This document shows, in pieces, positions 37,628 to 51,513 of a DNA stretch of 64,000 nucleotides (positions are counted from its first letter, which is position 1; each line of letters begins with the position of its first letter). Under the pieces are notes generated by a model, which was not told the DNA's origin, made no database searches, and saw only the letters and a program-made list of their open reading frames with translations. Location: positions 25,234,001 to 25,298,000 of the forward strand of contig NC_043009.1 in assembly GCF_006345805.1 (NCBI RefSeq), in the 5' to 3' direction. The DNA comes from Octopus sinensis. Lineage: Eukaryota. The translations under genes were made by a program, and so were the position numbers.

Positions 37628-38175
37628 ACAACGAGCTGGCAGAAACGTTAGCACGCCGGGCGAAATGCTTAGCAGTATTTCGTCTGCCGCTACGTTCTGA
37701 GTTCAAGTTCCGCCGAGGTCGACTTTGCCTTTCATCCTTTCGGGTTCGATTAAATAAGTTCCAGTTACGCACTGGGGTCGATATAATCGGCTTAATCCAT
37801 TTGTCTATCCTTGTTTGTCCTCTTTGTGGGTAGTAAAGAAAAAGGTATTTCGTCTGCCGTTACGTTCTGAGTTCAAATTCCGCCGAGGTCGACTTTGCCT
37901 TTCATCCTTTCAGGTTCGATTAAATAAGTTCCAGTTACGCACTGGGGTCGATATAATCGGCTTAATCCGTTTGTCTGTCCTTGTTTGTCCTCTCTGTGTT
38001 TAGCCCCTTGTGGGTAGTAAAGAAATAGGTATTTCGTCTATCTTTACGCTCTGAGTTCAAATTCCACCGAGGTCGACTTTCGGGGTCGATAAATTAAGTA
38101 TCAGTTGCGTACCAGGGTCGATCTAATCGACAGGCTCCCTCCCCCAAACTTTCGGGCCTTGTGCCAAGAGTAGAA
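37628..38175 (+). mobile_element. SINE family B with internal tandem repetition (~170-185 bp unit, three B-box/central domains)
   Basis: The block GTATTTCGTCT..TTCTGAGTTCAAATTCC..GAGGTCGACTTT repeats at ~37675, 37845 and 38029. Confidence 0.8.
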
Positions 38176-39133
38176 AAGATTATTATTATTATTATTATTT
38201 TGTATTTGGGGAGAGTCATTTTCTTGTTGTGCCTTATAATTTGACGGCACAACAAGAAAATGACTCTTCCCTGACACAACAGAATATGCTTCAACACACG
38301 AACTCACATAAAGAATCTTGCAAACCAAATCCCAAAACGAAGTTGTTGTTATTATTATTATTAAGAAGAAGAAGAAGGCGGTGAACTGGCTGAGTCGTTA
38401 GCACGCTGGACGAAATGTTTCCGAGGTCGACTTTGCCTTTCATCCTTTCGGGGTCGATAAATTAAGTACCAGTTACGCACTGGGGTCGATGTAATCGAAT
38501 AGCCCCCTTCCCCCAAAATTTTGTGAAAGGCCTTGTGAAAGAGTGGAAATAATTATTATTATAAACGCTGCATCTATTCCATCTGATAAGAACAATACAT
38601 CGTAAACGAGGACAATCGCTTCTTTTGTTTGTTTGTTTGTATGTGTGCGTATGCGCCTTGTAATATATCACGTGTGTGTATGTGCGTGTGTGTGTGTGTG
38701 CGTATGGGTATGTTTACGCAAAATGCATTACATACAATGCACACAGAAAGAACAATGTCTAACAGTACATGTGTGTGTAGTCTTGGTGTGTCTCTGGGCA
38801 CGAAATAGAGGATGAACTGTGCCTGAGCGTAGTGTCACTACCTTGATCATTATTGCCAGCAGACAAGAACTTCAATTCAGGAAAGTGATGACCTGTGTCA
38901 CACACACCACACACAACACTAGAGAAAAACAGGCAGACATTGGTAGGTAGGTAGGTAGGTAGGTAGGTAATAAGGATAGATAATTAGGATAGATAGATAG
39001 ATAAGGATAGATAATTAGGATAGATAGATAGATAGATAAAGATAGACAGAGAATAGATAGAGAGAGAGAGAGAGTATAGATAGATATAGATAGATTGATA
39101 TAGATAGATAGATAAGGATAGATTGGTCGACAG

Positions 39134-39168
<35 letters not shown>

Positions 39169-39504
39169 TGACTAGATGTTCGTCCGTCCGTCTGTCCGAC
39201 TGTCTGTCTGCTTATCTACTTTAGCTTTAATCACACATCGTCTCTCTTTCACACTAAATTCAATTGTGACTAACATTACTTATTGTCTCGTCGTTTCTTC
39301 GTTTTCTATACACACGCACACACACATATTTGTATGTGTGTAATACTTAAACACACTCCCACGCGCAACATTCCCCCACATTCATCTCGTAGTCTTTTTA
39401 CCGCCGCTGTTGATGGTGGAGGTGGTGGTTGTGATGGTGGGTGGTGGTATCGTCATAAATAGACTTCGTGATGGAAGGGTGAGGGGGGGGGGGAGACCTT
39501 TCTT

Positions 39505-39873
39505 TATCTCTTACTTGTTTCAGTCATTAGACTGCGGCCATGCTGGGGCGCCGCCCTGAAGGGTTTTAGTTGAACAACTCGACTCCATGCCTTTTTCAAA
39601 GCTTAGTACTTATTCTATCAATCTCTTGCTGAACCGCTAAGTTACGGAGACATAAACACACCAACACCGGGTGTCAAGTAACGATGAGGGACAAACGCAG
39701 ACACTAAGACCCACACATAAATACACATACACACACACACATATATATGCACTCACACGGCATTGGGCAGTCCGAAGCTTAAGCAGAAGACACTTGCCCC
39801 AGGTGCCACGCAGTGGGACTGAACCCGGAGCCATGTTGTTAGGAAGCGAGTTTCTTACCTCAGAGCCACGCCT
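39505..39873 (-). mobile_element. SINE family A
   Basis: Reverse-complement copy; forms an inverted pair with 40310-40662. Confidence 0.8.
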
Positions 39874-39884
39874 ACACACACATA

Positions 39885-40059
39885 TATATATATATTCTCT
39901 CCTTTTTTTCTCTCCTTGTTTTTTCTGTGTCCCTTTCTGTAGAAGAGCGTAGGCTCGAAACGTAAAAGACTTTTTCTATTCCTGAGCGTTATACTAATAC
40001 ATCTGTTTGTTTTGTACACCACCTGTCTTTGTTTTTTGGGTTTTTTTCGTAAACTTTCC

Positions 40060-40065
<6 letters not shown>
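39885..40065 (+). mobile_element. Penelope-like non-autonomous fragment with a minimal hammerhead motif, inserted in (TA)n
   Basis: CTTT-CTGTAGA-A-GAGC-GTAG-GCTC-GAAA-CGTA-AAAG at 39933-39968. Homologous copies on the minus strand at 12781-12925, 18895-19075 and 33680-33870. Confidence 0.65.
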
Positions 40066-40111
<46 letters not shown>

Positions 40112-40120
40112 TATATATAT

Positions 40121-40195
<75 letters not shown>

Positions 40196-40202
40196 CATAC
40201 AT

Positions 40203-40247
<45 letters not shown>

Positions 40248-40309
40248 TACATGCATACATACATACATACATACATACATACATACATACATACATACAT
40301 ACATACATG

Positions 40310-40662
40310 AGAGACTGTATGGTAAGAAGCTTGCTTCCCAACGTCATGGCTCTGGGTTCAGTCCCACTGCGTGGCATATTGGACAAGTGTCTTCTACTAT
40401 AGCTTCGGGCCAACCAAAGCCTTGTGAGTGAATTCGGTTGACGGAAACTGGAAGAAGCCCGTCGTATGTATGTATGTATGTATGTATGTATGTATGTGTG
40501 TGAGTGTTTGTGCGTCTGTGTTTACGTCCCCGTAACTTAGCGATTCGGCAAAAGAGGCCGATAGGATAAGTATTACAAAGAATAAGTCCTGGGGTCGATT
40601 TTGTTCGACTAAAGGCGGTGCTCCAACACGGCCGCTGTCAAATGACTGAAACAAATAAAAGA
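40310..40662 (+). mobile_element. SINE family A
   Basis: Forward copy. Confidence 0.8.
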
Positions 40663-41944
40663 GTATAGACACACACACACACACCGTATATACATAGAAA
40701 TGTTTTGTGTCTGTTAAACTCTCCTTTTCATATCTTTCTGTGATTTATTTATTCTTCTCTGTCTCTTGCGCCTTTTTTCTTCCTTTTTCAATTCCGTTAT
40801 CTCTGTTGTTGATGTTTATCTCCCGTCTTGTTATTTCTCCAACATCTCGATGGTGTTGTTCGTGTTGTTATTGTTCTTAACGCAGTGAAAACGACGAGGA
40901 TGCTGATGGTGAGGATGACTGTACTGCTGCTGCTGCTGATGATGATGATGAAGATGTCGGCGTGTGTGTGTGTATCTTGACAGCGATGGTGTTCTTAATG
41001 ATTAAGAGGTGTGATGCAGCGGTGTGATGGTTGTGACCTAATATTTTAACTGTGGCGGCGATGGCGGTGGCGTTTTGGTTGTATGATGACCAAAAGGATG
41101 CGGAGATTATTGGGCGTCGACGTTGGTGGCGATGCTTGAGGCGGCGGCGGTGATGGCGATGCTGGTTGTTCTGGCAATAAGGAGGAGGTATGGGAAGAAT
41201 ATTGATGATGATGATGATGATGATGGTAGTGGTGGTGGTGGTGGTTATGGCAATGGTGGTGGCTATTCTGATGATAAGGAGGCGTGGAGAGGCAGTGTGT
41301 GTGTATGTGTTTGTGTGTGTATGTGTGTTTGTGGCATTGATGGTGATTGCATAACTGGTAGCGGTGGTGGTGGTGGTGGCGGTTATTCTGATGGTGAGGA
41401 GGTGCGGGATGAGGATTGTTAAACTGACGGTCGTTGTGTAACTATGGTGACGGTAGTGGCGATGGGTGGCCGTCGTGGTGGTGGTGGTGGTGGTGTGGTG
41501 GTTATTCCGATAATGAGGGAGCGCGGGTAGGAGTGAGGTGTGAGGATCGTGTTACTGCTGGTGATTGCATAACAACGGTGGTGGTGGTGGTGGTGGTGGT
41601 GGCCGGCCGTGGTCAATTTGATTGTGTTGTAACAATAGTATTTGATAATTACGTAACTGTTGTAGCTGTTGGTAATGGTGGTGGTGGTGGAGTTTTAAAA
41701 AGACATTTCCTCTCTTTTCCCCTCCATCGATTAGGACATAGTTCTCTCTCCCTCTCTCTTTCACCTTCTCTCTTTCTCTTCCCCCTCCTCCTTCTCCCTC
41801 TCTCTCTCTCTCTCTCTCTTCAACGTCTGATTTGGCTCCCAGCTTTGCTCTCCACCGCAACCCTTCCACCAGCCTATCTCTTCTCTTTCCGTGCACAACT
41901 TCCCTCTCACTTACTCTTTCTACTTCCCCTCCCCCACTAACTAC

Positions 41945-42740
41945 TCACGCATTCTCTTTCTCACCCCCTCCTCCTTCTATTTACACATTCTTCATTCACC
42001 CCTCTCTCTCTTTCCCCGCGCATTCTGCTTCTCCTCCCTCTACTCACACTTTCTCCTCTTCACGCATCCTGTTTCTCCTCCCTCTACTCACATTCTTCCC
42101 TTCTTCCTCTTCTCTATCCTCACGCATCCTGTTTCTCCTGCCTCTACTCACATTCTTCCCTTCTTCCTCTTCTCTATCCTCACTCATTCTGCTTCTCCTC
42201 CCTCTACTCACACTTTCTCCTGTTCACGCATCCTGTTTCTCCTGCCTCTACTCACATTCTTCCCTTCTTCCTCTTCTCTATCCTCACTCATTCTGCTTCT
42301 CCTCCTCTACTCACACTTTCTCCTCTTCACGCATTCTGCTTCTCCTCCTCTACTCACATCTTCCCTTCTTCCTCTTCTCTATCCTCACGCATCTGTTTCT
42401 CTGCCTCTACTCACATTCTTCCCTTCTTCCTCTTCTCTATCCTCACTCATTCTGCTTCTCCTCCCTCTACTCACACTTTCTCCTGTTCACGCATCCTGTT
42501 TCTCCTCCCTCTACTCACATTCTTCTCTTCCTCCCCCTCTCTGTCCTCACGCTTTCTCCTCTTCACGCATTCTGCTTCTCCCTCTACTCACACATTCTTC
42601 TCTTCCTCCTCCTCCTCTTTATATTCATGCTTTGTCCTCTTCACGCATTCCGCTTTCCCTCCTCCTCACGCATTCTCCTCCTCCCCCCAAGCATTCTCCA
42701 CCTCCTATACCCGCACGTTGCTGCTCTTCCCTCTACTCAT
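41945..42740. repeat. Pyrimidine-rich minisatellite with ~60-bp and ~46-bp subunits
   Basis: CACGCATCCTGTTTCTCCTCCCTCTACTCACATTCTTCCCTTCTTCCTCTTCTCTATCCT alternates with CACTCATTCTGCTTCTCCTCCCTCTACTCACACTTTCTCC. Confidence 0.9.
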
Positions 42741-43190
42741 GCAATCTGCTTCCTCCTTTCTACATAAAGCGTGACATATTGGTGGCTGTTGGGGGGGGGG
42801 GAGAAGAGTTAGAGACAAGGTAGACAGTGAGAGAGAGAGAGGTGGATGAAGGGATGGATGATTGGATGGATTGAGGAAGAGTGATTGAAGCGATGGATGG
42901 TAGGGGTGGGGTTGAGAGGTGGGGGGGGAGAGAAATATTTTGAATGTTGTGATGTGTGTTTCTTTGGCTTATATGTTACTGCTTCTCTGCGTGAGTATGA
43001 GTATGGGGGGTTAGGGGTGATGTTGAATTTTACTTGATAGACTCAAGTCCCCTGGAGCAGACGACACCTGTTGATGATGATGGTGATGATGTATTTCAAT
43101 AATCATACTCTATCTCCCTCACTCAGCTCTCCTTTTCACACACTCTCCCTATCTGTTTATCTATCTCTCGCTTCTATTTGTCATTCTGTA

Positions 43191-43221
<31 letters not shown>

Positions 43222-46200
43222 ATTCTCTCCCTTCTCCATACTCTATTTCTTTACCACACTCTCCTTCCCTCTCCTCCCTCTCTTGTAATCTCTTTTTCAC
43301 TTTACCTTACTCTCTCCAGCTCTCTGTCTTTCTCTGTCTCTCTCTCCCATTCTCCCTCCGTTTTGTAATCTGTCCCTCTCCTCCCCCTACCTCACACACC
43401 ACATCCCTTTCATCTTGCCTTACTTCTCTCTTCATCACTATCTAACCCCTTTATCTCCAACCCCTACACCAAGCTCTCTCTCTTTCATCTCCTACGCCCC
43501 CCCCCCCGTCATGTCTTACCTTTTCCCTATTCTTCTCTCCAGCTTAACTTCCCTTACCTTATTTACCTTTCATCTGAGGCTTCTTCTTTACCTTACATCT
43601 TGTCTGCAACTTTTCTGGGGAGCTGCTCCCCCGTCCCCCTCTCTCTCTCTCTCTTTCTAACCCTCTGCTTCTATCTCCATATCTTCTCACCTCCCTCTCT
43701 TCAGTCATTTCTCTTCTCCTCCTTCATTTTCCTTATATCTTTCTCTCTTATCCTCTTACTCTGTATCTACTCATCCTTCCCCTCTTCCTCGGTCATTTCT
43801 CTCCCCCTTTATTTTTTCCTGTATCTTTCTCTCTCTTGTCCTCTTACTCTCTCCTCCCCCTCTTCTGTCATTTTTCTTCCCCCCTCACTCATTTTTTTCA
43901 TTACATTTCTCTTTTGCTTGTCCTCTTAGTATCACCTCCTCCTTCCATCTCTCTGTCTACTCATCCTCTCCCTCTTCAGCAATACTCTCTTACTCTCCCC
44001 TCCTCCCCTCTATAATTCCTTTTGCAGTCTTTTTGTTCTTCTTCATCTATTAAGTGTGGTGGCGGAGGGGAATGAAAAAACAATAAGCAAAAACCAGAAT
44101 TATTTTGTCAGTGTCTTATTTTCTGACTGTTACCCTCTGTAACAGTCTTCATCATCATCATCACCATCATCAACACCATCATCACTATCCTCATCATCAT
44201 CACCATCGGCATCATCATCATCATCACCATCCCAGCATCATCACACCATCCCAGCATCATCACACCACCATCATCACCCCCATTATCATCATCACCACAA
44301 CCATCATCATCATCATCATCATCATCACCACAACCATCATTATCATCATCACCACAACCATCATCATCATCATCTCTACCCCTCCCCACAGTCATCATCA
44401 TCTCCATATTTGACAGAATCTTATCAACCCTTGAAAGGATGAATGGTGAAGTTGTCCTTGGTGGGATTTGAACTCAGTACGGTAGATCAGAGCAAATATT
44501 ACAAACATTGCACTTGGTGCTTTAATGATTCTGCCAGTCGTCTGGTTCCGAGTTCGGTCCCACTGCGTAGCACTTTGGACAGGTGTCTTTTACTATAGCC
44601 TCGGGTTGACCAAGGCTTTGTGAGTAGGTTTGGTAGACGGAAACTGAAAGAAGCCTGCCATATATGCATAATGCCATGTGATGTGGTGTAGTGCTGTGTA
44701 TGTATGTTTTTCTTGGTGTCTCCTGGTCTTGACATTGTGTGTGTGATTGTTGTAAACGAGTGTCACTGTCATACAAGCAGTGCCATTCATGTGCAATGTT
44801 CTACAAAAACATCTCTGGTCCTGAGGAGGAAATATTACCTTGTTTGGAAATGGATGGGATGCTGACAACCATAGAAAATCTGCCTCAATGAACCCTGTCC
44901 AACACATGCAAACATAGAAAAGTGAACATTAAAGGATGATAACGATGATGATGATGATGGCGAGGGTGGTGATGATGATGATGATGACAAAGATGGTGGT
45001 GGTACATCTTTTCCAATATCACTCCTTCACACATGTTTTCTTTCTCTCTCTCTTTCTTCATTGTCTCAACTGACCAGATATTGATCTTATATAGATTAGA
45101 TACACTGCAGGTTCTCTGTTGGAATCCTGGCCATATGGTCAACACATGTACACACACACACACACACACAAGCGCACTGACACACTGAAAGTAAATCAAT
45201 ACCTAAGTTTCACATAGATTATTTAATCCATATTGTGGTTTTCACTGAGATTATTAATCAATGCCATGGTTTAATATAAATTATTAAACTCGTAACATGG
45301 TTTCACGTGTCTTACTTCAACTGATAATCCTCTATCTGTGTGTGTGTGCATGTTTTAGATGTTTCACTCATTGGACTGCAGCCATGCAGGGGCCTGGGTA
45401 CCCCCTTGAAGGATTATCAGGATGTAAGTAAAATAACACTGGTTATCAAGCTAGGTGAGAGGCAAACACATACACACACACATACACAGCCACAAGAAAC
45501 CTGTGCGCACACAGACACTAAAACATCATGCATGTGCGCACGCACATACACACATGCACACATTATTCATTCACACAGTTTCTGTCTACTACCATCACTG
45601 ACAAAGAATTGGTTGATCTGGAACCATAGCAGAAGACACTTGTCTACTGTGCCATGCAGTGGAACTGAACTTGAAACCATGTGGTTCTAAAGCAAACTTC
45701 TTAGCCATACATCCATGCTTTCCATGTCAGTATGGCTGATTAAATCATCACAACCTCATTGATATCTAATTGGGATTTATTGCCCATCTAGACACTTCCA
45801 CATCCCATGCAGAATGTTCTTATTTTTGGCATTCAATAGTGCATGGTCAAGTGGTTTGGGTATTGCTCTCACAATTGTAAGATTATAGTTTCAATTCCCA
45901 GACCAAGCAGCACATTGTGTTCTTAAGCAAAACACTTCATTTAATATTGACCCAGTCCACTCAGCTGTAAATGAGTGACCAACTGGCATTCCGTTCACGG
46001 AGGAATGCTGGCCTGCTCACCTAGCGAGCAGAGCGACATCATTTGAAAGCTACAGCAATGCAAGGAAGCGCATTGTGACTAGTGATATATAATGTGGTAG
46101 GCTGGCTGATACAGTGACCAACAGTTGAATATATTTGTATTTGTGGGTTTTTATATCTGTGTTTGTTTCAAAAGTTTGATGTGAATGTATGTGTGTCTAC

Positions 46201-47245
46201 TTGTTATAATGTTGTGTATGAATGCATTTGTATGTGTATTTGTTTGTCTGTTGAAATGACAGCGGTTAATGTCTAAATTTATTAAAAATGGAAGAGGAGA
46301 GAAAAGTTTATTATTTTTTCCTTTATGGATTTTTAAAATCAAGCTATTTTAGGTGAAACAAATAATCTAATTTATTGAACGGCTAATTATTCATTTATTT
46401 GCGAAAGAGGTCAGGTGATTACTAAATAAGGTGCAAAATATTAATTGAAGAGGGAAAGGTGACAGGATGGGGGGTGGGCGATGTGTTCTGTTCAGATTTC
46501 ATGTTACTATTTTTGGTAAGTTGTCAGGTTATTTAAGGAGATGTTTTCACATGTGGGGGCATGAAGAAATTAATTCTGTGTGTTTATTCAACATTTTACT
46601 TGATATTTCAGGTTTGATAGCCTTTCTCGTGTGCAATTACTACCAAAAGTATTTAATTAGATTTAAGTTATAGCTTTATCTAAGAGTTGCTAATCAACTC
46701 TAAATATCCCGTTGAACATGTTCTAAATCAAAAACTCAGTTCTGTAAAGGTTGAGGAGAAAATACCTTAAAATGAGTTTGCTTATTCAAATGTTTATAGT
46801 GTCTTTGCTTGTGGTCAGATTATTATTAGAGTTGATACTATTGTAGAAAAGACCTTTTTTTTTTTTAATGTAATTAATCATTGGTATTAAAAGTAATGTT
46901 ATGCATGTGTGATTGTTAATTACATAATGATAACTAAAAAAAAACAGGTACACTCAGTAAATATTTTGATTATAAATGCAATTAGAAATAGACATGGACA
47001 ATCAAACCTCAAAAGTTGAAAAAAAAGTGCTCAACACGCTTCACTATTAAGTCCTAAAGATACTTTCAAGTTCAGTGGATTCTCAACTATTTCTTACCTA
47101 TTGATCCCTGTTTTGCTCTACTGGTCCTGGAGCCCCATAGTCATTTGATAATTTAAAAAAAATCTTATTATATTTTTATAATTGAATATTAAAAACTGAA
47201 TTTTTAAAAAAGATCATTTAATTATCTTTTGGTATTTAAGAAGTA

Positions 47246-48018
47246 CAGGGTGTTTCAAAAAGTTTGATATTATTTGAGATGTAAATATCACAGAAACTAC
47301 ATAGTCAAAGCAAATGAAACTAAACAGGCTTAGTGTTGAGCAACATAAGATTCATTCCTCCAAATTTGAATGAGAAATTCAAAGGTATGTGGATTCCATG
47401 AATGATTTTACATGTCAAGTCGGTAGTCCAGCTCCTCCCAAACATGCTGCAGCATGTCTTGGGTAACAGTCTTCAGTGCAGTAGTGATTCTCTGCTTGAG
47501 TTCCTCTAGGTTTGCAGGAAGAGGTGGGACATAGACCAGGCTCTTCTCATAGCCCCATGTTTGCACTTTCGCTTGTCATCTGCCATTATGGCCTGAACGA
47601 GCTGCAGCTTGTAGGGTTTCATTAGCAAGCATTTCCTCAGGATGCACCAAACTGTTGTTGGAGGAATTTCCAGACTTGTTCTTCTTGGGACTTTGCATGA
47701 GTTTTTGGCAAACCCACTCGACCATCTCTTCCAATGTTAGTGGTCGCCCTGTACAGTCAGCCCTCTTCAAATTTTTTGTGGCATGTCCAAATCTGCATTA
47801 CCATTGGTGACTTTTTAGAGAACCCTCTCACAAATGCACACTTCACAGTTTTGTTCCAGTGAATGCCATTTCTCTACCTGAAAAGATAAACATATCAAAC
47901 ATTAAAAATAAAATTTTGGCCTGTTTCTACACATGCTGTTAAAATTTGAAGCCATTTGAACAAGAACTGGCAAAGTTATCAGATTGCGAAATAATATCAA
48001 ATTTTTTGAAACACCCTG
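47246..48018 (-). mobile_element. Internally deleted Tc1/mariner-superfamily element (rosa/DD41D-like)
   Basis: ~30-bp TIRs CAGGGTGTTTCAAAAA(G/A)TTTGATATTATTT with TA TSDs at 47244-45 and 48019-20. Minus-strand remnants GRPLTLEEMVEWVCQKLMQSPKK and WGYEKSLVYVPPLPANLEELKQRITTALKTVTQDMLQHVWEELDYRLDM. Confidence 0.9.
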
Positions 48019-48079
48019 TATAACCAATTTATTGCAGATAAATTTTAACAACAAAATCTTTTATGGACCTACACACATG

Positions 48080-48110
<31 letters not shown>

Positions 48111-49375
48111 CCATTCCTCTTCCTTCACCAAGGGTCATGTGGACCCTGGTTGAGAACCAACCATTGTTCCAATGATGCTTGCAAAAGGTTTCGGTGTCCA
48201 GCTACTCCTCAGATAATATTTCATGAAAGCCAATTGGTGTCAAGTTAGGCATTGAGTGTGAATGAAAGAAATAGATACATCATACTGGTCATGTTCTACA
48301 AAGTCTTATCTGTAATTAATTCGTTGATTAAATCTTTGAAGAATTTGCTGCTCAAAGAATGTTTACCTGCCATTTTTTTATAAAAAAAAGTTTCTATTAA
48401 CCCCTGTTTCTGAGGTACAGTTTCACTGTTTTAAAGTCATTCAAGGTAAATCTTTCCTTCAAAATTCCATTTTAATTTATATTCCAAACTCAAACTTAAT
48501 AATGACCCAAAATTTTTTTATATATTGAGATACATCTCCTGAAAGACAATCTCTGATTAGCCACTACACTTCAGAACCAACTATTCACAACATTTGTTCC
48601 ATCGGGTTGATGGACCAGCCTCAAAGTCCTTTCAGCTTGTATTACTTGGGCTGATCAATTGGCCCCGGGTGTCCCAAGAGGGTTAAAAACCAAATGAAAC
48701 TTTCTGGAAAAAAATCACAAAATTTCATCAATGTTTGGGTCATTGTTAATCACAAACATTACTGAACATGAAAAGGGGACTAAAGGGATACCTGATTCTC
48801 CTAGAATAAAAAGTCATCCCCTCCACACACACACGCTTTGGGTTTGTAGTCTTGTAAGCTGCATGCTGGCCTCACTAGTGCTAAGCTGGTGACACAAAAA
48901 AAAAACACAGGACATACTGTAACATGGTTGGTATTAAGATGGACATCCAGCCCTTTAACCTGTGCCAAAGCAGACACTGGAGCACAATGTAGTCCTTGGG
49001 GCCCATCAGATCCTGTCAAGTTATGTAACCTATGCTACAATGGAACATGGTCATTAAATAATCCTTTCTATTACAGGCACAAGGCTTGGAATTTGAGGGC
49101 AGGGCGTGGTCTATCACATCGACCTCCAGTACGCAACTGGTACTTAATTTATTGACTCCAAAATGATTAAAGGCAAAGCTGACCTTGGCAGAATTTGAAC
49201 TCAGAATGTAAGGACGGACAAAATGCCACTAAGCATTTTGCCCAGTGTGCTAACCATTCTGCCTGCTTGCCACCTTATGGTCATTGAGTATGATGATGGT
49301 GCTGATGACGATAGTGATGATGATAATGATAGTGGTGGCAGTGGTGGTAGTTAGAAAGTTCATAACTTCCTTTAA

Positions 49376-49583
49376 CCCTTTTGAGACCACACCTGTTTCT
49401 AAGATAAAATTTCACTGTTTTAAAGTGATTCACAGTAAATCTTTCCTTTAAAATTCTATGTTAATTTATGTTCCAAATTCAAGCTTAATAATAACAAAAA
49501 CCATTTGAATAAAATTTCTCATTATTTTACAAAAATCAATCAAGACAAAAACATATTTCTACAAGAATATGATAACGAAAGGG
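49376..49583. mobile_element. piggyBac-type MITE
   Basis: TTAA|CCCTTT...AAAGGG|TTAA ends; a related copy lies at ~48401-48682. Confidence 0.7.
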
Positions 49584-50444
49584 TTAAAGCAAATACACAC
49601 AAGACTGCTTGAATTTGTGTATTTTCAGCTATTACGAGACTGACAGATAGACACAATGCCATATGGAATTGTGTCACGTGCAAGAATATTCAAGAGTTAA
49701 TAATCAAAAATATATTGTTGGTTTTCAGAAACCAGATATGTGTTGCTTATGCAGTGTCAAGCCATCTTTTACAATAGTCTATCTATATAATTATATTGAT
49801 AGTCAGTTCTTAAATTATATATTTTAAACTGTGCTGTAGGTAACATGAAATGATCTTACTTAAGCAGTAACATAAATTCACATCAGAACACAACATTTTT
49901 TCTTTTTTTTTTTTCTCTTTTTCGTTTCTCTCGTCCAGTAATATTTTGTACCTTAATTAGTAATAACATTAGAGTGACCTCCCCTGTAAAGCAATTTTCT
50001 GGCCTCTTCGCAAATAAGTGAGTATATAGTAATTCGATAAATCGGATTATTTCTTCCCTCTAAAATAGCTCGTTTTCGAAAACTGCCAAACATGATGTCT
50101 TTTTTTTTTCCCTGTTCTTCTCTCATATTAATTGCCTTCGTTCTGTTTCAAAATACTCACACACACACATGCGTGTGTGCATGCGCACGTTTCAAGATGC
50201 ATCAAACTGTTTCTGTAGACATACAGACATGGGAATCCTCTACAAATACATCAAGTAATGAAAACTCACACCTAACCAATCAAATAAAGTACCACTAGGG
50301 ACAACCTCAGAAGCAACGGTTTGCCTCAATTCTTTCGAAAGAAACAATGTACAAAAGGAGGAATAATAGATGTGTGTGTGTGTGTTGGCCTACACACAAA
50401 AGACAAACTCACCAATAAGACTTTTAAGGTGATCTCACTCATAC

Positions 50445-50845
50445 TTATCGCTTTATTGCCCACAAGGGGCTAAACATAGAGGGGACAAACAAGGGATTAA
50501 GTTGATTACATCGATCTCAGTACGCAACTGGTACTTAATTTATCGACCCCGAAAGGATGAAAGGTAAAGTCGACCTTCACGGAATTTGAACTCAGAACAT
50601 AACAGCAGACAAAATACCTATTTCTTTACTACCCACAAGGGGCTAAACACAGAGGGGACAAACAAGGACAGACAAACAGATTAAGTCGATTACATCGACC
50701 CCAGTGTGTAACTGGTACTTAATTTGTCGACCCCGAAAGGATGAAAGGCAAAGTCGACCTCGGGGGGGAATTTGAACTCAGAATGTAACGGCAGACGAAA
50801 TACGGCTACGCATTTCGCCCAGCGTACTAACGATTCTGCCAGCTA
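50445..50845 (-). mobile_element. SINE family B, internally duplicated
   Basis: Reverse complement of the 37.6-kb arrangement. Confidence 0.8.
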
Positions 50846-50954
50846 ACAATTCTGATGGTATGCAAAACATGCCTGGTACATATTATAGAGTGGTTGGTGT
50901 TAGGAAGGACATCTGGCCACAAAAATTATGCTAAAGCAGACATTGCAGCGAGTA

Positions 50955-51255
50955 GAGACACATAGCCTAATGGTTAGAGCAGCAGACTCGCGGTCAAGGG
51001 ATCGCGTGTTCGAATCTCAGGCCGGGCGATGTGTGTGTTTATGAGCGAAACATCTAAGCTCCATGTGGTTCTGGCAGAAAGTAATGGTGAACTTCTGCTG
51101 ACTCTTTTGCCACAACTTTCTCTCACTTTTTCCTCCTGTATCTAGCAACTCACCTGCGACGGACCAGCATCCCGTTCAGGTGGGGAACCTATACGCCAAT
51201 GAAAACGGGAAACTGGCCCTTATGAGCCAGCCATGGCTCGAGAAGGAACAAACAC
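50955..51255 (+). mobile_element. SINE family C
   Basis: TAGCCTAATGGTTAGAGCAGCAGACTCGCGG..GTTCGAATCTC head; (ACA)n-like tail. Confidence 0.7.
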
Positions 51256-51513
51256 CAACAACAAACATTGCAGAGTGGTGCAGTCCTCCAATTCACTTGA
51301 TTCTTTATTGCCTGATGAGCTGTGTTAGGGCAAAACTCAGAGTTTCAATGCAAATATGGAATGTCGATCAGTGTTATCAAATATATATGAAAAGAAAATT
51401 TCTCTATCTGGAAAACAGACTTAAGTTGGTGACAGGAAGTGCATCTGGCTATAAAATTCTAACCCTAATATCTCCCTGTCTAACCCATGCTGGCAAGGAA
51501 AAACAGACATGAA

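Noticed and set aside
41832-42823. Two ~310-aa ORFs
   Set aside because: Translations of a pyrimidine-rich minisatellite
50955-51030. tRNA gene
   Set aside because: The tRNA-like A and B boxes continue into a SINE body shared with 34877-35170, and there is no proper acceptor stem
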